Of a stretch of 64,000 bases of DNA, positions 1-9,900 are shown in pieces (position 1 is the first letter of the stretch; the number at the start of each line of letters is the position of its first letter). Origin of the DNA: a virus (lineage: Duplodnaviria; Caudoviricetes); IMG/VR virus record IMGVR_UViG_3300027751_000009, positions 14,891-78,890 of that record; one strand, written 5' to 3'. The notes under the pieces are model-generated. The model saw only the letters and a program-made list of their open reading frames with translations, did not search any database and was not told the origin of the DNA. The position numbers and the translations under genes were made by a program.

Positions 1-2
1 TT

Positions 3-3000
3 ACGATTACAAATTGGGTAAAAATATCCTCAGCTAATACTTCAGGGCAATGGCGTAGTTCTGTTTGGGCTGATGTTACGGTTGCAGCAGCTTTAACAGC
101 AGGGGTAACTGGTGCTATTGGAGATAATCAACAAGTGTTTCCTACTACAAGCACAACTCTTGCGAATTGGAATTATAATATGCCTACTCTTCCAACATTA
201 GCACAATTAAAAGGAGCTAATTTTGGAGTAAGAGTTCAAGCGGCACAAGGTGGTAATGGAACGATTTATACCTATTCAATAGATTCGATTTCTATAACCG
301 TTGATTATACGCCACCTAATTTTAAGCCAACAATAGTTTTAAATACACCAGCTAACTCAGCTATAGGGCAAAGCCTAACCCCAAAATTAGAATTTACGGG
401 TTCTGATGTAGATTTAGATACTTTAGAATATGAAGTTCAGATTGATACTGTTAATACATTTGACAGTCAAGGTTCTACACCTTTAATAAATGCCTTATCT
501 TCTGTACCCGATGCAGGTTTTTTAAATACTGTTAATGGTGGAGATACGCATCCGTTTAATAATAATGAGAAAATAAGTTATACGGTTCAAAGTGCTAATA
601 AATTAACCGCAGTAACACAACACTATTGGAGAGCAAGAGCATTTGATGGTATTGATTGGAGTGATTGGAGTGCCTTTAGAAGTTTTACTACCCTTAATAA
701 TAGATTAATAGGTTTATCCTCTTCTGCAATAACAGTCACAGGTAATTTAACTGTTCAAGTAAGTGGGGAAATTTCTGGTAATACAAATAAGAGGTTAATT
801 TATACTTATGATTTCGATGGGAGTGATGCTACCGCACTTGATGCTGATGGGGTTTGGACTGACGAAATAAATATACAAGATGGGAGTCTTGCTACTTATG
901 GTTCTACATCTACTGAAGGTAGTAATACTCTTAATAATGTTAAAATTGAGGGTACAAATGCACCTTTATTAGCTATTCCTATTGATTATGTAGCAGCAAG
1001 AATGGATGTAGAAATAGATTCATTAGGAATGGATTCTACGGATAACTACATATTAAATACACCTACAGGTGGTTGGACTTGGGCTAAAATTCAAGCATTA
1101 GAAGTTATTCTATGGAAAAGTAATGTAATCACTTATACCAATATCCGTAGTGAAATTTATACTGATGGCTTAGGAGAAAAAGTATCACCTACTTATCTTA
1201 CTCTAATAAAGATAGGAACAGTAGCTAAAGTATATAGAACTCAAATTGTAGTTGCTACTTTTGAAGAGATCGTATCTGGAACTACAACTACAGGTATTTT
1301 AACGGAAGCTGAAAATAGTGGAGCTCTTAGAGGTGTTATAAATAATGTTACCACTACAGTAGGTATTTTAAAAGGTAAGGCAAATTTAATAGGTGTTATT
1401 AATAGTTCTACTACTACAACGGTTACTTCTATAACTTTAAAAATTTATGTAGCTTCTAATGGTATTGCTACAGTTACAGGAGTTATTCATGCATATGCAA
1501 AAGCTTTTGGTGTATCAAATGGTGTTACTACAACCGTTGGTGTTATATTAGGTTACGCTAAAATATTTGGTATTTCTGATGTTATAGTATCTACACAAGG
1601 TATTTTAAGAGGTATAGCTAAAATGAATGGCGCTTCTAATACTTCTTCAACTACAGAAGGGATATTGGCTAATGGAGTTATCATACAGCCTATTGATGGA
1701 ATTATAAATGGCATTGCTACGACTAATGCTATTTTAACAGCTAAAGGGATTGTACAAGCTGTATCTAATGTTGCTTTAACTGTTAGTGGTGTACTAAATG
1801 CAAGAGGTTATTTAGTTGGTGCAATCAATACATCTACTAATCTTACAGCTATACTTTTAGCAAAGGGAAAGCTGGTTGGTTCTGCCGATGGTTTAGGTTC
1901 TTGTGCAGGACTTCTAAATTCTAACCTACAAGGGAGTGTTATCGTTAATACAACGACTAACACTTTTGGTATTTTAACAGGTGATGGTGCACTTGTTGGT
2001 TCTTCAAATGCAACTAATCAACTTATAGGTTTACTTTCTTCTTCACTTCAAGCTGTAGGAACTACCAATGGTACTACAACAATTTCTGGAATATTACAAG
2101 CAAAAGGGGAGTTGAATGGGTTGAGTTTCAACCAATCAACCGAAGAGGGTATCTTAAATGCTATCGGACAATGTATTGGACAATCTATTGGACAGTGTAC
2201 GATAGAAGGCTTATTAGTATCTAATATTATTTTTGGTACTGCTAATGGTAGTACTACTATAAGTGGTCTTATTTCACAAATAGTAAGTATTAGTGCTGTT
2301 AGTAATAATACGGCTTCAACATCAGGTTTACTAAATTCAAATCTTCAAGGTTCTGTAGTTGTCAATACAACTACAATAACCTTCGGTATATTAACTGCAA
2401 GTGGTTCACTTATAAGTGAAATTACATCAGTAACAACATTACAAGGTTTATTAAATGCTATAACGCAAATTCATGCTGAATCCAACGGTCTGACGACTTC
2501 TGTTGGTGTATTGCTTGGTAAAGCGAGTTTGAGTGCAAGCGTTAATAGTTCATCGTCAGTATCAGCAACATTAAATGGATTAGGAGTTAATGAAGGAACG
2601 AGTCAAGGTGCCACTTTGATTTCTGGAGTACTCTTAGCAAAAGGATCACTGAACGCAACTATTAACGCCACTGCCTCAACAACTGCTACTATCGGTAGTG
2701 GTGCTATGTCAGCTACCTCAAATGGTAGTAGTTTATTATCAGGGTTACTAAACTCTAATTTACAAGGCTCTGTAGTGGTTAATACTACTACGATTACAAC
2801 AGCTACATTAACAGGTTTAGGACTACTTGAAAGCGTTACCAACGCTTTTGCGTATGTAGAAGGAATTATAAGTTCATTCGCTTTTATAATTGGAGAGAGC
2901 AATGGTCAGGCAACAACAGAAGGGATACTTACAAGTAATGCTATAAATGGAAACTCTTATGGTAGCACTACAACAAATGGTATTCTTACTGCTAAAGGAA

Positions 3001-3728
3001 ATTTAAACGGAGAAATAAATACGTTAAGTATAGTTACTGCTATTCTTAATGCACTATCAAATACAATAGGTACTTCTAATGGATTAACAACGATAACCTC
3101 AATACTTAAAGGTAAAGGATTATTATTAGGTATATCGAATGGTGTTACTACGACCAGTGCTTCTATAAAGTCTATAGGAGCATTGGAGGGTAGTAGTTCA
3201 TCACTAACAATTTTATTAGGTTTCTTAGAAGGAGTAGGCTCAATAGCTGGTAGTTCCAATGGACAGGCCTCAACAGAAGGTATTCTTATTAGCGATGCTA
3301 TGGCTGGGATTGCTAATGGAACAGCTACAACACAAGGAATACTATCAGCTATAGGCTTATTATCAGGAGAGAGTAATGGTGTTACAGAACTGATTGCAGG
3401 ACTATATCAAACAAACCCTATTTTCGGAACGATTGATGGAGATACTATATTGATAGGTATCTTAACGCAATCTACAGCTCTTTCAGGCACTTCTAATGGA
3501 CTTTCTATTGTAAGTGGAATACTATTAGGTAAACGAGGTTTAGACGTTAAATGCTTCTATGAAGTGCATTATGTAGACCACCAATATTTGATTAAATATA
3601 TTAATGTTAATTTTATAGTGCAATATTTGAAAGTTGAATATCTCACAAAATATAAGATTACTAATTTTGTAGTACAATATCTAACCGAAAAATATAACTC
3701 AAAATATAAATGCGATAAAAATGGATAA
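3..3728 (+). CDS. Large tail-fibre/virion protein, 5'-truncated by the window edge; FN3-like domain followed by dozens of ~19-20-aa GxSNGx(T/S)Tx(x)GxL repeats
   Basis: The frame is open from position 3 (TITNWVKISS...), so the track start at 135 is not the true start. YWRARAFDGIDWSDWS is FN3-like. Long Gly/Ser/Thr/Asn repeat array; lies in the virion block. Confidence 0.65.
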   Translation, partial: TITNWVKISSANTSGQWRSSVWADVTVAAALTAGVTGAIGDNQQVFPTTSTTLANWNYNMPTLPTLAQLKGANFGVRVQAAQGGNGTIYTYSIDSISITVDYTPPNFKPTIVLNTPANSAIGQSLTPKLEFTGSDVDLDTLEYEVQIDTVNTFDSQGSTPLINALSSVPDAGFLNTVNGGDTHPFNNNEKISYTVQSANKLTAVTQHYWRARAFDGIDWSDWSAFRSFTTLNNRLIGLSSSAITVTGNLTVQVSGEISGNTNKRLIYTYDFDGSDATALDADGVWTDEINIQDGSLATYGSTSTEGSNTLNNVKIEGTNAPLLAIPIDYVAARMDVEIDSLGMDSTDNYILNTPTGGWTWAKIQALEVILWKSNVITYTNIRSEIYTDGLGEKVSPTYLTLIKIGTVAKVYRTQIVVATFEEIVSGTTTTGILTEAENSGALRGVINNVTTTVGILKGKANLIGVINSSTTTTVTSITLKIYVASNGIATVTGVIHAYAKAFGVSNGVTTTVGVILGYAKIFGISDVIVSTQGILRGIAKMNGASNTSSTTEGILANGVIIQPIDGIINGIATTNAILTAKGIVQAVSNVALTVSGVLNARGYLVGAINTSTNLTAILLAKGKLVGSADGLGSCAGLLNSNLQGSVIVNTTTNTFGILTGDGALVGSSNATNQLIGLLSSSLQAVGTTNGTTTISGILQAKGELNGLSFNQSTEEGILNAIGQCIGQSIGQCTIEGLLVSNIIFGTANGSTTISGLISQIVSISAVSNNTASTSGLLNSNLQGSVVVNTTTITFGILTASGSLISEITSVTTLQGLLNAITQIHAESNGLTTSVGVLLGKASLSASVNSSSSVSATLNGLGVNEGTSQGATLISGVLLAKGSLNATINATASTTATIGSGAMSATSNGSSLLSGLLNSNLQGSVVVNTTTITTATLTGLGLLESVTNAFAYVEGIISSFAFIIGESNGQATTEGILTSNAINGNSYGSTTTNGILTAKGNLNGEINTLSIVTAILNALSNTIGTSNGLTTITSILKGKGLLLGISNGVTTTSASIKSIGALEGSSSSLTILLGFLEGVGSIAGSSNGQASTEGILISDAMAGIANGTATTQGILSAIGLLSGESNGVTELIAGLYQTNPIFGTIDGDTILIGILTQSTALSGTSNGLSIVSGILLGKRGLDVKCFYEVHYVDHQYLIKYINVNFIVQYLKVEYLTKYKITNFVVQYLTEKYNSKYKCDKNG

Positions 3729-4083
3729 GAATAAAATCAAAAGAATAGATCGTGATACCAGCAAATTGAATTTTGTAATACGTTTTCCAAAAGGAAAGAC
3801 TTATACAGATATTCAGGATATCATATTTTTGGTAAAAGAAACAGATGCTACTGCATTGGAAAACGCTTTAATTACAAAGCTGATGTCTAATTCAGAAATA
3901 GAATTGGTAGCACCTGAATCAGCATTAGTAAGCTTTACTACGAATGATTACGACCCTTTAGAAATAGCGACTCTTTATAGAGCTGCTTTATTCTGTAAGT
4001 GGAATGATACAGATGATTTTGATGAAAATGTAGAAAGGCTATTTGACTTTGAAATAACACAAAACTTTCATAATAATAATTAA
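3721..4083 (+). CDS. Hypothetical virion-associated protein (beta-rich, possibly fibre adaptor)
   Basis: Co-oriented and overlaps the upstream stop; function inferred from context only. Confidence 0.45.
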   Translation: MDKNKIKRIDRDTSKLNFVIRFPKGKTYTDIQDIIFLVKETDATALENALITKLMSNSEIELVAPESALVSFTTNDYDPLEIATLYRAALFCKWNDTDDFDENVERLFDFEITQNFHNNN

Positions 4084-4085
4084 AA

Positions 4086-4322
4086 ATGACAGAGTACCTA
4101 AAAGATATTAATGGTAAAATCAGCATCAAAAGAATTTGGGCTAATAGGCTTATTTGGATTGGTGTAGCGATGAATATCGTTTATTTTATCTTATGGTGCC
4201 ACGCTTATTATAGCGAAAAGAAATTGCTTGAATATCCAACAGAAATGATTTGGGGAATGTTAGGAAGTGGATTAGGTGCCATTGGTTTAACTGTAGTAGA
4301 ACAAAAAACAAATATAACGTAG
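4086..4322 (+). CDS. Putative holin (2 TM segments)
   Basis: 78 aa with two hydrophobic helices (LIWIGVAMNIVYFILW; MIWGMLGSGLGAIGLTVV), upstream of a DUF5675 gene. Confidence 0.55.
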   Translation: MTEYLKDINGKISIKRIWANRLIWIGVAMNIVYFILWCHAYYSEKKLLEYPTEMIWGMLGSGLGAIGLTVVEQKTNIT

Positions 4323-4346
4323 TAGTAATAATTAATCATCCCAATA

Positions 4347-4661
4347 ATGACACAAGAAAAAAAACAACAATTGAAAGAGATATTGCCAACATGGCTAACA
4401 TTAGGAAACATGATTTTGTTAATAGGCTTATTCTATGCAAGAGGACAAACAGATGAAGGTATGAGAAAAGACATTATTAATAATTCGAAAGAAATCATAG
4501 AAATTAGTCGTAAAATAGAAACGCATAAAAGCTCTGCTTATGAACATAGGTCTATGGATGATTTAATGATTAAATTTGTTCCGAGAGAGGAATTAAAAGC
4601 GACACTTGATAATATTGTAAAATCCCAAGACGAGATAAAGCAATTAATTAAAGAAAAATAA
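4347..4661 (+). CDS. Membrane-anchored coiled-coil protein (lysis cassette)
   Basis: N-terminal TM segment followed by a charged helical region. Confidence 0.45.
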   Translation: MTQEKKQQLKEILPTWLTLGNMILLIGLFYARGQTDEGMRKDIINNSKEIIEISRKIETHKSSAYEHRSMDDLMIKFVPREELKATLDNIVKSQDEIKQLIKEK

Positions 4662-4667
4662 TAAGTT

Positions 4668-5108
4668 ATGAAACCAATCGTGAAAGTACATAGATTTTGG
4701 CAAGATGAAAATCAAACATCAGGAAATATTACTGTTATTAGTGCTGATGATAATTTTCCATTATATGCTTCTTTAGGTTTAGAAAGAGGCTGGAAAAATA
4801 ATCAGAACAATATTAGTTGTATTCCTATTGGAACATATCAATTAAAGTTAGAATACTCACCGAGATTTAAAACAGACCTTTGGGAAGTTAAAGGTGTTCC
4901 GGGAAGAGCTGAATGCAAATTTCACGCAAGTAATTACTGGTTTCAATTAAACGGTTGCATAGCACCAGGTTTAAGATATAAAAATATGAACAACGACAAT
5001 TATCGTGATGTTACTAATAGTTCTGATTCATTAAGAGCATTTCACGAAGCACTAAAACCCCATACGGAAGCAATTTTAATTATAACAGGAGAACACAAAA
5101 TTAAATAG
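4668..5108 (+). CDS. DUF5675-family protein (candidate endolysin)
   Basis: Motif LERGWKNNQNNISCIPIGTY..YSPRF..H.SN...L.GCI.PG is typical of DUF5675; lysis context. Confidence 0.7.
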   Translation: MKPIVKVHRFWQDENQTSGNITVISADDNFPLYASLGLERGWKNNQNNISCIPIGTYQLKLEYSPRFKTDLWEVKGVPGRAECKFHASNYWFQLNGCIAPGLRYKNMNNDNYRDVTNSSDSLRAFHEALKPHTEAILIITGEHKIK

Positions 5109-5109
5109 T

Positions 5110-5211
5110 ATGAAAGAGGTTAAACGTTATTTAGTAAACTTAACAAGAGTAGATAAAGTTATTCTCATAATCTCTTTAATGTTATTAATATTTTTAATAA
5201 AAGAAATATGA
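5110..5211 (+). CDS. 33-aa single-TM peptide (not in the ORF track)
   Basis: MKEVKRYLVNLTRVDKVILIISLMLLIFLIKEI*; fills the gap exactly and its stop overlaps the next ATG (ATGA). Confidence 0.55.
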   Translation: MKEVKRYLVNLTRVDKVILIISLMLLIFLIKEI

Positions 5212-5576
5212 AAGTAAAATTCGCAAATCGTTCAGAGAAATTATTAGTGATAGCAGCTTTTATAGTTTTAACTCTGATAACTTTAACAGCTATTCAATCA
5301 ACAAGGAATAAATCTTTACGTGATACCATAAAAAGAAACACTGTTATTGTAAAAGAGCTTGAAGCTGTAAATGAAGATTTGATGGAACAGATAGATATCT
5401 CTGAAACATCAAAAGAAATTATGTTCCAGAAAATGGATAGTGTAGAGAAAAGTGAAACTTATTTTAAAAACAAGTATTATGCAACAAATGAAAAACTTAA
5501 AAGTATTCTTGGTAATTATAATAGCTCTTCTAATGCTACCAAAAATGAGCTATTCACAAACGCTGTCAATAACTGA
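5208..5576 (+). CDS. i-spanin-like protein
   Basis: N-terminal TM plus coiled coil; overlaps the next gene out of frame. Confidence 0.45.
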   Translation: MKVKFANRSEKLLVIAAFIVLTLITLTAIQSTRNKSLRDTIKRNTVIVKELEAVNEDLMEQIDISETSKEIMFQKMDSVEKSETYFKNKYYATNEKLKSILGNYNSSSNATKNELFTNAVNN

Positions 5577-5892
5577 AGTACAGAGAGATAGTATTTTTAA
5601 TAAGATACAAAGAGGTGTTATCAATGCTGAACGTGTAGTTCATTTAAGAAGTGCTTTAAATTCTTGTGACTCTGTAAAGAAAATACAAACAGATATCATA
5701 GGAGTACTTGAATTTCAGAATAAAACAAAAGACATTATCATAACTAATAACCAGGTTATGATAAAATTATTAAAAGAGAATGCTACACTTGAAAAAAAGA
5801 GAGGTCGTAAGAAAGCCTTTTGGAGTTTTATTAAAGGAGTAGGAGTAGGAGCTGGGTTAGCTACTGCAGCAATAATTGTAATAAGTATATAA
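5488..5892 (+). CDS. Secreted/membrane protein, o-spanin-like partner
   Basis: Likely start MKNLKVFLVIIIALLML (signal peptide); coiled coil and C-terminal hydrophobic helix; no lipobox Cys. Confidence 0.4.
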   Translation: MKNLKVFLVIIIALLMLPKMSYSQTLSITEVQRDSIFNKIQRGVINAERVVHLRSALNSCDSVKKIQTDIIGVLEFQNKTKDIIITNNQVMIKLLKENATLEKKRGRKKAFWSFIKGVGVGAGLATAAIIVISI

Positions 5893-5893
5893 G

Positions 5894-6472
5894 ATGGCAA
5901 TAATCAAATTTAAAATAACAAGACTACCTAAACGAGCTATTCTAAAAGTAGATGCTGTTCCAATGGTATTAGGTCAAGAATATACGATACCTCAACAAGC
6001 TCAAATGACTTGTGATGTTTCAGACTTAGGTGTTCCTTATGATGATTTTGGTTATAAATTAGGTAACGATAAAAATATTTGGAGTGCTGAATATAAGTGT
6101 ACTGTAAATGCAAATGTAGATACAGGTGCTTTCATTATCACTAATGAAGTCTTTGATGTTACTATCAATAATACAACAGCTATTCCTATTACGTTAGAGG
6201 ACCAAGTAGACAGAATAACTATAGTTTCTCATAGTCCAAAATACGGAGAGCTTCTTATCAATGGTAGTCAAGCTATATTGGGTAAAACATATATGAGATA
6301 TAATTATTTCAACCTACAATTTAGCTCTAATGCTAATTTGGACACGCAAAATATAGAGTCAATATTATCATATACAAAAGGAAATAAAAATGGTACCTCA
6401 TCAGCGTGTACTTATACTTTTAAGACCACATCGAATTTATCAGGAAGTATTAATGGAATAGCAACAACATAA
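5894..6472 (+). CDS. Virion structural protein ending in half of a GxxNG repeat
   Basis: Beta-rich; C-terminus SGSINGIATT matches the shared tail repeat. Confidence 0.5.
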   Translation: MAIIKFKITRLPKRAILKVDAVPMVLGQEYTIPQQAQMTCDVSDLGVPYDDFGYKLGNDKNIWSAEYKCTVNANVDTGAFIITNEVFDVTINNTTAIPITLEDQVDRITIVSHSPKYGELLINGSQAILGKTYMRYNYFNLQFSSNANLDTQNIESILSYTKGNKNGTSSACTYTFKTTSNLSGSINGIATT

Positions 6473-6474
6473 TC

Positions 6475-6966
6475 ATGAGCACACTTATAGGAAAAACAAT
6501 AGTAGAAGAAGTAGGTAGTTCATTATATAGCTTTCCTCATGCGAACGCATATTATGAAAATAATGTTACAGAAACAGTTATAATTTCAATAGGAGCATTT
6601 ATCAAACCAGCAGGAAGTTGGCTGTCATCAATCTCAGAAGAGTTTACTGTAAATGGTACAGGAAAAATGACTTACAATGGAACAATTCCAAAGCATTTTC
6701 ATATTGTTTCTAATTTTGATATGACCACTTCATCTAATAGTCAGGTAATAGCTTTTAAATGGTTTAAAAACGGAACAACACCTTTACCGGCTCAGGTAAA
6801 AAGAAAAGTTGGTACAGGTTCGGATTTAGGTGCTGGTTCAGTACATGCAGATGCAATGCTTAATCAAAATGATTATGTAGAATTAAAAGTAGCAAACACT
6901 ACTTCAATAACTAATATAACATTACAAAATGTATATTGTTTTGTTATGGGTATGCCAATGATATAA
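6475..6966 (+). CDS. C1q/BclA-like jelly-roll protein (fibre tip/decoration)
   Basis: Pattern FKWFKNG...GSVHADAMLNQNDYVELKVAN resembles C1q-like domains. Confidence 0.5.
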   Translation: MSTLIGKTIVEEVGSSLYSFPHANAYYENNVTETVIISIGAFIKPAGSWLSSISEEFTVNGTGKMTYNGTIPKHFHIVSNFDMTTSSNSQVIAFKWFKNGTTPLPAQVKRKVGTGSDLGAGSVHADAMLNQNDYVELKVANTTSITNITLQNVYCFVMGMPMI

Positions 6967-6976
6967 ATAAAAGATT

Positions 6977-9900
6977 ATGGAATTAAATTTCGAACAATTA
7001 CATCTGTTTGTAGAGGGAATGAAAAGTTCCAGAGAACAAAATGCAGAAGAGCCAAGTTCTTATGAATATGGTTTAAATGGTAGATTATATTCTGAAAATG
7101 GGAAGCTATCTTATTCTTCTATAAAAGGAACTGTTCCTATTTATAACAATCCTAAAATCATAAAGTATTTAGGGTTTTATGCTTTTCCTGATGAATTATT
7201 GTTACTTGTAAAGTATGATGAAAATGCTACAGCCAATTTAACATCAGAAATTTCAACACAAATTATAGCAAATGATATTTCTATCAATCTTGATTTTGGA
7301 ACTACACAATATGTATTCAGTAATGAATTAAGTATAGGCGCTATTGAAAATATAAATCAAGCTACTGTTCAATCTTCTCCACAACCTGTAGAACCATTAA
7401 CAGAAAATTACAATCAATCTGGTGAAATCAAAACGATTGATTTTAACGAGTATTATTTACTAAGTGGTAAAACAGTACCAAATTATCAAATATGCACATT
7501 AGGTAACGCTAATACTATTCCTGAATACAACAAACAGTACTCTGATGCTTTTATAGTTTTAAAGAATGATGGTTATCATGCTTTTAAAGGTAGATTAGCC
7601 TGGAAAGGAAATCTAAATTGGGATATAAATCGTAAGATAACAACAGTAGGAATTGATGAGGGTATTCATTACAAGCGTGTATATTTTACAGATAACTTAA
7701 ATCCTTTACGTGTTATCAATTTAAAAGACAAAAATTTATTCTATAGAACATCAGAAGAATTTAATGTATTACAAGATGCTACATTATTACAACCTAAAGT
7801 AAGAAAAATTACTGAAGGAGGTTCTATAAAGGCTATGTCTGTACAATATGCGTATCGTTTAATGACTGACAATGGACAAGTGACTTCTTTTTCTCCTTTT
7901 TCAGAACTTATAAAAATAGTAAAAGATGAAGATGGTTATGATTTTGCAGGTGGTGCAATTGATAGTTTAACCTCTAAACGTGTAGAATTAGATTGCCCTA
8001 TAATTTCAACACTATATTCAAAAGTTCAATGTATAGCTATAGAATTTAAAACTGATAGCACACCTACGTCTTTTAGAAATTTAGGAATACAAAATGTTGA
8101 TAGTGTTGTTTCTTTTATCCACAGTGGAAATGAAAGTGAATTAGAAGATATTTTAACTATAGAAGAAGTTATTGAAACTAAACACATCTGGACATATTGT
8201 AATGATATAACTATTAAAAATAACAAATTAATAGCAGCAGGACTTAGAAACAAACCTTATTCTCTTCAAGAAAAATATGTAGAAGATTTATTCTTATTTA
8301 AAGGTTGGGATGAATTAGGTGCATCTCATGATAATGCTTTAATAAATCCAACTCCTACTACATATAAATATTTTGATCCTACATATACTGGGGATATGAT
8401 ATATGTAGAGAAACAATTATATACTCGTTTCCTATTTTTTGGAAATGTAACATTGACTTTAAATAACAAGTTAAATCCAAATATTAGAGAGTCTATAACT
8501 TTTAAAAGCAGTGCTGACCAATATATAGATTATACATTAGATGTTGGGGCTTGGTTAAAAGGATTAAGTGCTGGAAAGTTAGAATTGTTTCCAAATCTAA
8601 AAATAGAACAAATAGATTACTCTATTTTATTTAGTCCTATAGACGAGCTTATAAAAACTAATATGTCTAACTATTATTTTACAACTTCTGTAACACAAGT
8701 TATTATAGATTTTGAAAATCAATATAGCATATTAGACACAGCTGTTAATCCTTCAGCTTTAGTTTTTGGAGCTCAAAGTATTGGCTTTAATCAAGGAACA
8801 GGTATAAGAGTTAGTTTCGAACAGCAGGAAGAAGCTATTTTAAATAAGTCACCAGAATTATATGATGGTGGAGAGCTTTTAAAATTACAAACACCATCTT
8901 TAAAAAAGACTTTTGTAAAAGATGAAATATACCGTTTAGGAATACAATGCTATAAATCAGGCTCACCTCTATTTACAATCGTATGTGGAGATATTAAAAC
9001 ACCAGCTGTAGGAGAGTTAGATTATAAGAACCAATCTGATGATGGAAATCAATTATTCGTACATAGACTTGAATTAAAAGTTGAGGTAAGAATACCATGT
9101 GAATTTAAAGACTATATAGACTCTTATCAGATTGTTTATGTGGAACGTACAGAAAACAATAGGACTATTTTAGCACAAGGATTAGCTGGTCCACTTATTA
9201 GATTAGCAACTATAAACCACCCTTCTGTTAATGGTACAGCATATGCGCCTGATGTATATGATAAATGGACACTTCCTTTCAATGGTGGGCCTTTATATTC
9301 AGTTAATGGCTTATTGACTTATACTATGTTAGGTGAGAATTGGGATGATTTTGAAGAATGGTCAGATGATTGGGGTGATACTTCAGATATACGCCAAAGA
9401 GTTTTCACACGTGAAATTGTAAATAGAAGAATGTTTTATTTTGATTCTCCTGATGCTATTTATTCTAAAATTTCAGACCGTAATTTTAAAAATGGAAAGA
9501 TAGAAGTCTTAGGTAGAGTGAATACAGACCATACAGGACATCTTATTAGAAGTCGTTTTCCTGGAGATGAAATTCACCCAGCTTATGTTCTTGACGTAGG
9601 CACTGGCATTGGACTTACATTTGTCAGTGTGCCTCCTGGATTTCAAGAAAGTGAAATTTATAAATCATTGGCTTATTCTAAAAAGATAGGTTATACAAAT
9701 GTTAGTGGTACAAGTTCATCTAAACCATATCACGTCAATGTAAGTGTATTCTCACAATTTACATTAGATAAAAAAACAATAGAAATAGATAAGACTACAG
9801 ATTTATTAGCTAAAGGTGAAGTGTTACCATCAGCGATATTAGGAACTTCATTTGATATTTCAAATATGGCTTTAACATTATTTGCTCAAAATGCTTATAA

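Noticed and set aside
1914-2795. Three GLLNSNLQGSV(I/V)VNTTT copies as DNA recombination sites
   Set aside because: Third codon positions differ among copies; conservation is at the protein level within the repeat array.
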